From an uncultured Candidatus Saccharibacteria bacterium (GTDB lineage: Bacteria; Patescibacteriota; Minisyncoccia; UBA6257; 2-01-FULL-56-20), in NCBI GenBank assembly GCA_965231155.1, contig OZ246418.1, positions 174,850 through 238,849 of the forward strand: a stretch of DNA of 64,000 nucleotides, read 5' to 3'. Each line of letters starts with the position of its first letter. Positions within the stretch are counted from its first letter, which is position 1. The position numbers and the translations under genes are program-made. Of the stretch, positions 60,468 to 64,000 are shown piece by piece. The notes under the pieces are model-generated. The model ran no database searches. It saw nothing but the letters and a program-made list of their open reading frames with translations, and was not told the DNA's origin.

Positions 60468-61223
60468 ATGAAAATAGAGATTTATGAAAGCTTAGGGCTC
60501 TCCCCTAACGAAGCCAAGATTTATGAAACACTCGTAGAACGGGGCGAATCAACGATCAGTCAAATTGCCATTTCCGCTCAGATCCACCGGCGAAACGCCT
60601 ACGATGCCATCCAGAGGCTAATCAGCAAAGGCCTCTGCTTTCAAATCTTTTCCACAACAGAGAACAAATATAACGCCGTTGATCCAGATAAACTTCGAGA
60701 ACTCTTGGCTGAACAAGAAAGCAAACTTGAACAGATATTACCAGATCTAAAAAAGAAGTTTTCTGAACGATTCGCCCCTCAGGAGGCTTATATTTACAGG
60801 GGCCTTGAGGGACAGAAAAATATCTTTCGAGACATTCTGCGCGTGGCCGAAGATAGTTATTTTATTGGGGCCAAAGGAGGCTGGTATGACCCTCGTCTCG
60901 AAACCAGTCGAACAGCGTTTTTCAAAGAAGCTAACCGAAAGAAAATAAAATTCATTCAGTTGTTTGATCAAGAAGCAATAAGTGAAATACCAAATTTTCC
61001 AAAACGTTTCGAGGGTGCATTAGACTACCGAGTACTTCCTAAAAAATATTCCACCAACTCGGCAATCAATATATTTGGAGACTATGTAATCACCTATACT
61101 GGACTCCCCATTGGGAAGTTAAGTGATGATATTGTTTTCTTTGTTATTCGTAGTAAAGATCTTGCGGAGAGTTACCGCACTTGGTTCTGGTATATGTGGG
61201 AACAGTCGTCGAAGAAAGATTGA
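60468..61223 (+). CDS. TrmB-family transcriptional regulator
   Basis: N-terminal wHTH YESLGLSPNEAKIYETLVERGESTISQIA plus a C-terminal TrmB-like domain. Confidence 0.65.
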   Translation: MKIEIYESLGLSPNEAKIYETLVERGESTISQIAISAQIHRRNAYDAIQRLISKGLCFQIFSTTENKYNAVDPDKLRELLAEQESKLEQILPDLKKKFSERFAPQEAYIYRGLEGQKNIFRDILRVAEDSYFIGAKGGWYDPRLETSRTAFFKEANRKKIKFIQLFDQEAISEIPNFPKRFEGALDYRVLPKKYSTNSAINIFGDYVITYTGLPIGKLSDDIVFFVIRSKDLAESYRTWFWYMWEQSSKKD

Positions 61224-61373
61224 CGACCTGAGTTCCTCCTTGTAAACTAATTTTAATAAGATCGGATCACAATGATATTCCTTAGTAAAACCATCACTAA
61301 GTCAAAGAAGCCTCTTCTCGAGAAGGCGGTTTATCTTTCGTGGTGATACAAAAGAAATTATCACTTGAAATCA

Positions 61374-61407
61374 GAAAAACCACCTTCTCCCGAGGGTGGT
61401 TTTTTGG
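61374..61407 (+). terminator. intrinsic terminator
   Basis: AAAAACCACC...GGTGGTTTTTT. Confidence 0.55.
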
Positions 61408-61513
61408 AATCTGACCTCTGTCCATAACGATAGAAGTGAGCTTCCAAAATAGGTTTGGAAAGCTCGGCTCACTGAAAACTTAATAATGGAAATAACTAAG
61501 GAAAGGAAAAAAA

Positions 61514-62755
61514 ATGAGCAAGGTGTTTGACGATAAGAAACGTAGGCTCTGGTGTCATGGCCCAAAACCAGAATTCGCCACCGACACCGACTGGGCTGAT
61601 CAATGGTACATAGGAGCTCGGACGATTGCATTGATTCGTCCGCAGGTTGACTCCATCATTCTTCCCGGAGGAAACGAGGAGACCGTTGAGTTCTGGAAGT
61701 TCTGTCGAAAAGTGCTTGGATTCGAAGAGGGTCAGGTGATCTGGACTTCTGGAACAAACTATCTGCTCGATGACGATATAAGGATCGAGCTTCTAGACTA
61801 CCTCCGAAATAAGTTAAGGAGGAAAGCCGACTGGGAACTTGTCCCCTACTCGGTCACTCAACCGTTCACCGCTTGGGCAAGTCAACTGAACATCTCTATA
61901 TGCGGTGACGAAATGGCTTGGGTGGAAAGATGGAGTAATAAAGGAATCCTCCATCCTCACCCACTCTTCAACGAACGTCCAGGAGATCCACCACTGCTCG
62001 ACAAACTCGTCCCGTATATATCTGTACCTCGAGGATACTTCTGCACTTCACCTCAAGAGCTAGAGATGGCTTATGGTTTATTGGGGAAGAAGGTCATCCT
62101 GAAGCCGGTAAGTGGGGCAACCGGTGAAGGGATTGAGATTATCACCGACGGAACAATACTCTCTTCATACGCCTTCCCTATGGGTCCGGTCATCTTAGAA
62201 GAACTCCTCGAGATTGACCGGGATCCGAACGGTCAACTGATTGCTCCGAGTGTGCAGTACTTCGGCGATCAGCTGTGCGGAAATGTGACTGATCAGATAA
62301 TCAATGGAGGTGTGGCTCACGAAGGGAATGTCACTCCATCGATAACTACTCCTCAGTTTCAGGAGACACTTGTTCGAGCGGTCAAAAGTATTCTTCAGGC
62401 TATCCAGCCGAGAGGTCCCGGTGGATTCGACTTCCTCTCTGTCAAAGGAGAACCAGTTCTTATCGATCCGAACTGTGGACGCTTCACTGGCGCCCATCCA
62501 GCCTGGATCTTTAGAAATCATCACGCCCCACAAGCATTCTTTCAGTCCTGGAAGATAAAACCGAAAAACTCTGTTTGGGAGTTTTGGGACTTTCTCGGTT
62601 ACAAGGGACTCTCCTTAAATCGAATGGATGAGTATCCCAAGGGAATCTTCCCTCTCTGCTATCTACCAGGTATGTGGGGAATGCTCATCGCGATCGGTGA
62701 AACGCGAGAAGAAACTGATCGTTTTCGCGAGCAAGCCGACTCCTACTTCCTTTGA
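61514..62755 (+). CDS. ATP-grasp-like domain protein (hypothetical ligase)
   Basis: KVILKPVSGATGEGIEIITDG resembles an ATP-grasp nucleotide-binding segment. Weak call. Confidence 0.4.
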   Translation: MSKVFDDKKRRLWCHGPKPEFATDTDWADQWYIGARTIALIRPQVDSIILPGGNEETVEFWKFCRKVLGFEEGQVIWTSGTNYLLDDDIRIELLDYLRNKLRRKADWELVPYSVTQPFTAWASQLNISICGDEMAWVERWSNKGILHPHPLFNERPGDPPLLDKLVPYISVPRGYFCTSPQELEMAYGLLGKKVILKPVSGATGEGIEIITDGTILSSYAFPMGPVILEELLEIDRDPNGQLIAPSVQYFGDQLCGNVTDQIINGGVAHEGNVTPSITTPQFQETLVRAVKSILQAIQPRGPGGFDFLSVKGEPVLIDPNCGRFTGAHPAWIFRNHHAPQAFFQSWKIKPKNSVWEFWDFLGYKGLSLNRMDEYPKGIFPLCYLPGMWGMLIAIGETREETDRFREQADSYFL

Positions 62756-62794
62756 AACTCAAGGGGAGGAACACTCGTATGTGTCCTCCTCTTT

Positions 62795-63916
62795 TTATTT
62801 TGTCTCTCGGCCAACTGCTTCACTAATATTTTTATAGCCATCTTTCTTGAGTAACCCTACTAAGCCAACGTTTATCTCGCTGATAAGTTGTGGCCCCCGA
62901 TAGATCATTCCGGTAATCAACTGTACGAGAGAAGCACCATATTTTATCTTCTTATACGTGTCTTCAGCCGAAAAAACTCCACCGCAGCCAACGATCACAT
63001 ACTTTCCATTTGTTTTCGTGAAAACATACCGAATAAGATCGTTCGAAAGGTCTTCAACAATTTTTCCGCTGAGGCCGCCTTTTTCTGGCACGGCATCGTG
63101 AATCGTAGATAAATCTTTTTGCTTTGTGAGGTTAGAACAAATAAACCCATGCACTCGATGGCGCTCAACAACTGCAATGATCTGATCGATCTGGTCTCGC
63201 GAAAGATCTGGTGAGATTTTTATAAAAATCGGCTGTTTGGTAGGAATCCGATCAAGACTATCGAACAACCGATCAAGTTTCTCCGGGCTCGTAAAGGGCT
63301 CACCTCCAAAAGCATTTGGACAACTAATATTAATCGTGAGGTAGTTTCCAATACTCGTAAAATGACTGAAGGCTTTTACATAATCACGGACGCCAGCTTC
63401 GGTTTCAACTGTTTCCGGAGAGTTTGTTTTTGCCACACTAATTCCTGTGGGAATAGTGAATTTTTCACCATCGAGACGTCGAGAGATCGCCTCACACCCA
63501 TCGTTTTTCAAACCATAATAGACGCCAAGTGACTGTGAGTTTTTGAGTCGCCACAGTCTTGGCTTCGCGTTCCCCAGACACGGTTCGCCAGTAATAGAAC
63601 CGAGCTCGGCAAATCCAAAACCAACTTCCGGCAGAATTTCATATAACTCAGCATTTTTATCAAACCCTGCCGCCAGACCAATAGGGTTAGGAAAAGTAAC
63701 CCCTAAGATTTCCTGTTCAAGGAAATTCCTATTCGAATAACGGAACAACCACCCAGTGATTCGACGTGTTAGCGTGGTATACCCCAGGACTGACCCGAAA
63801 AAGACCATACGATCATGAACAGACTCTGGATCAAAACGAAACAACACGGGCTTTAAAACACGGCGATAAAGAAATCCGCTAATGACATTTCGTAATGTGA
63901 CGAAAATCTCTTTCAT
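62795..63916 (-). CDS. pyrD: dihydroorotate dehydrogenase (quinone), class 2
   Basis: GLAAGFDKN, a class-2 core with an N-terminal membrane-associating extension, and C-terminal GGLSGK...GCGG. Start possibly at 63976. Confidence 0.85.
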   Translation of the reverse strand: MKEIFVTLRNVISGFLYRRVLKPVLFRFDPESVHDRMVFFGSVLGYTTLTRRITGWLFRYSNRNFLEQEILGVTFPNPIGLAAGFDKNAELYEILPEVGFGFAELGSITGEPCLGNAKPRLWRLKNSQSLGVYYGLKNDGCEAISRRLDGEKFTIPTGISVAKTNSPETVETEAGVRDYVKAFSHFTSIGNYLTINISCPNAFGGEPFTSPEKLDRLFDSLDRIPTKQPIFIKISPDLSRDQIDQIIAVVERHRVHGFICSNLTKQKDLSTIHDAVPEKGGLSGKIVEDLSNDLIRYVFTKTNGKYVIVGCGGVFSAEDTYKKIKYGASLVQLITGMIYRGPQLISEINVGLVGLLKKDGYKNISEAVGRETK

Positions 63917-64000
63917 TGTCTCTTTTATAGTATACCCTCCCCAGCCTTCAAGACATAAAAGGAGAAGCCTAGACAATTTTGAGCTTCTCCTTTTGTTTTC

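Overview
This is a 64-kb window from an AT-moderate genome (backbone roughly 45-47% GC by eye). Compact genes, frequent 4-bp ATGA overlaps and the gene content suggest a Candidate Phyla Radiation / Patescibacteria-type bacterium; that placement is inference. The gene content behind it: archaeal-type UMP kinase, HtpX plus LemA, DUF4349, RNase Y and RNase J, type-2 IleRS, two MOP flippases and many glycosyltransferases.

Layout of the window:
- Left edge (1-2044): a two-gene restriction-modification module (RE-like ORF translationally coupled to a beta-class SPPY amino-methyltransferase that runs off the window). It sits next to tRNA-Ser(GGA), followed by a degenerate partial copy of the tRNA 3' end and a run of three hairpins.
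- Housekeeping block (2.1-10.3 kb): pyrH, htpX, lemA, an RlpA-like lipoprotein, groES-groEL, DUF4349, trxB, glutaredoxin.
- A very large cell-envelope glycan locus (about 10.3-44.9 kb): GT4, GT2 and CgeB-like glycosyltransferases, a polyprenyl-phosphate sugar transferase, two Wzx-like flippases, an O-antigen-ligase-like protein, a complete GDP-heptose pathway (gmhA, hddA, gmhB, hddC-like) plus a second partial heptose module, gmd/fcl for GDP-fucose, an RmlC-like epimerase, SDR epimerases, a TPP-dependent E1 alpha/beta pair, NUDIX, HAD, DJ-1 and cupin proteins, two SAM methyltransferases and two cytidylyltransferase-like genes.
- Right side: rny, gpmI, a DUF360 holin-like protein, secG, an ABC substrate-binding protein, tRNA-Leu(CAG), rnj, a PNPOx-like protein, ileS, smpB, several secreted or hypothetical proteins, a TrmB-like regulator, an ATP-grasp protein and pyrD.

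The most unusual signals:
1. Four discrete GC-rich (about 56-60% GC) single-gene islets are embedded in the AT-rich glycan locus: a HIT-family protein, a B12-binding radical SAM enzyme, an unknown 196-aa protein and a NudF-like NUDIX hydrolase. Each has its own promoter/RBS and a strong intrinsic terminator.
2. Two of these islets interrupt the normally adjacent gmd-fcl pair and carry an identical 63-nt structured 5' leader (two hairpins with the same CCAAA loop, the second overlapping the Shine-Dalgarno).
3. The IleRS ORF carries a complete histidine-phosphatase (RHG...SHG, PGM-like) domain of about 200 aa inserted between the two CxxC halves of its second zinc knuckle.

No CRISPR array and no transposase/integrase gene is visible in the window. 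Product calls come from motif-level reading of the six-frame translations (no database searches were run). Start sites inside track ORFs are inferences.
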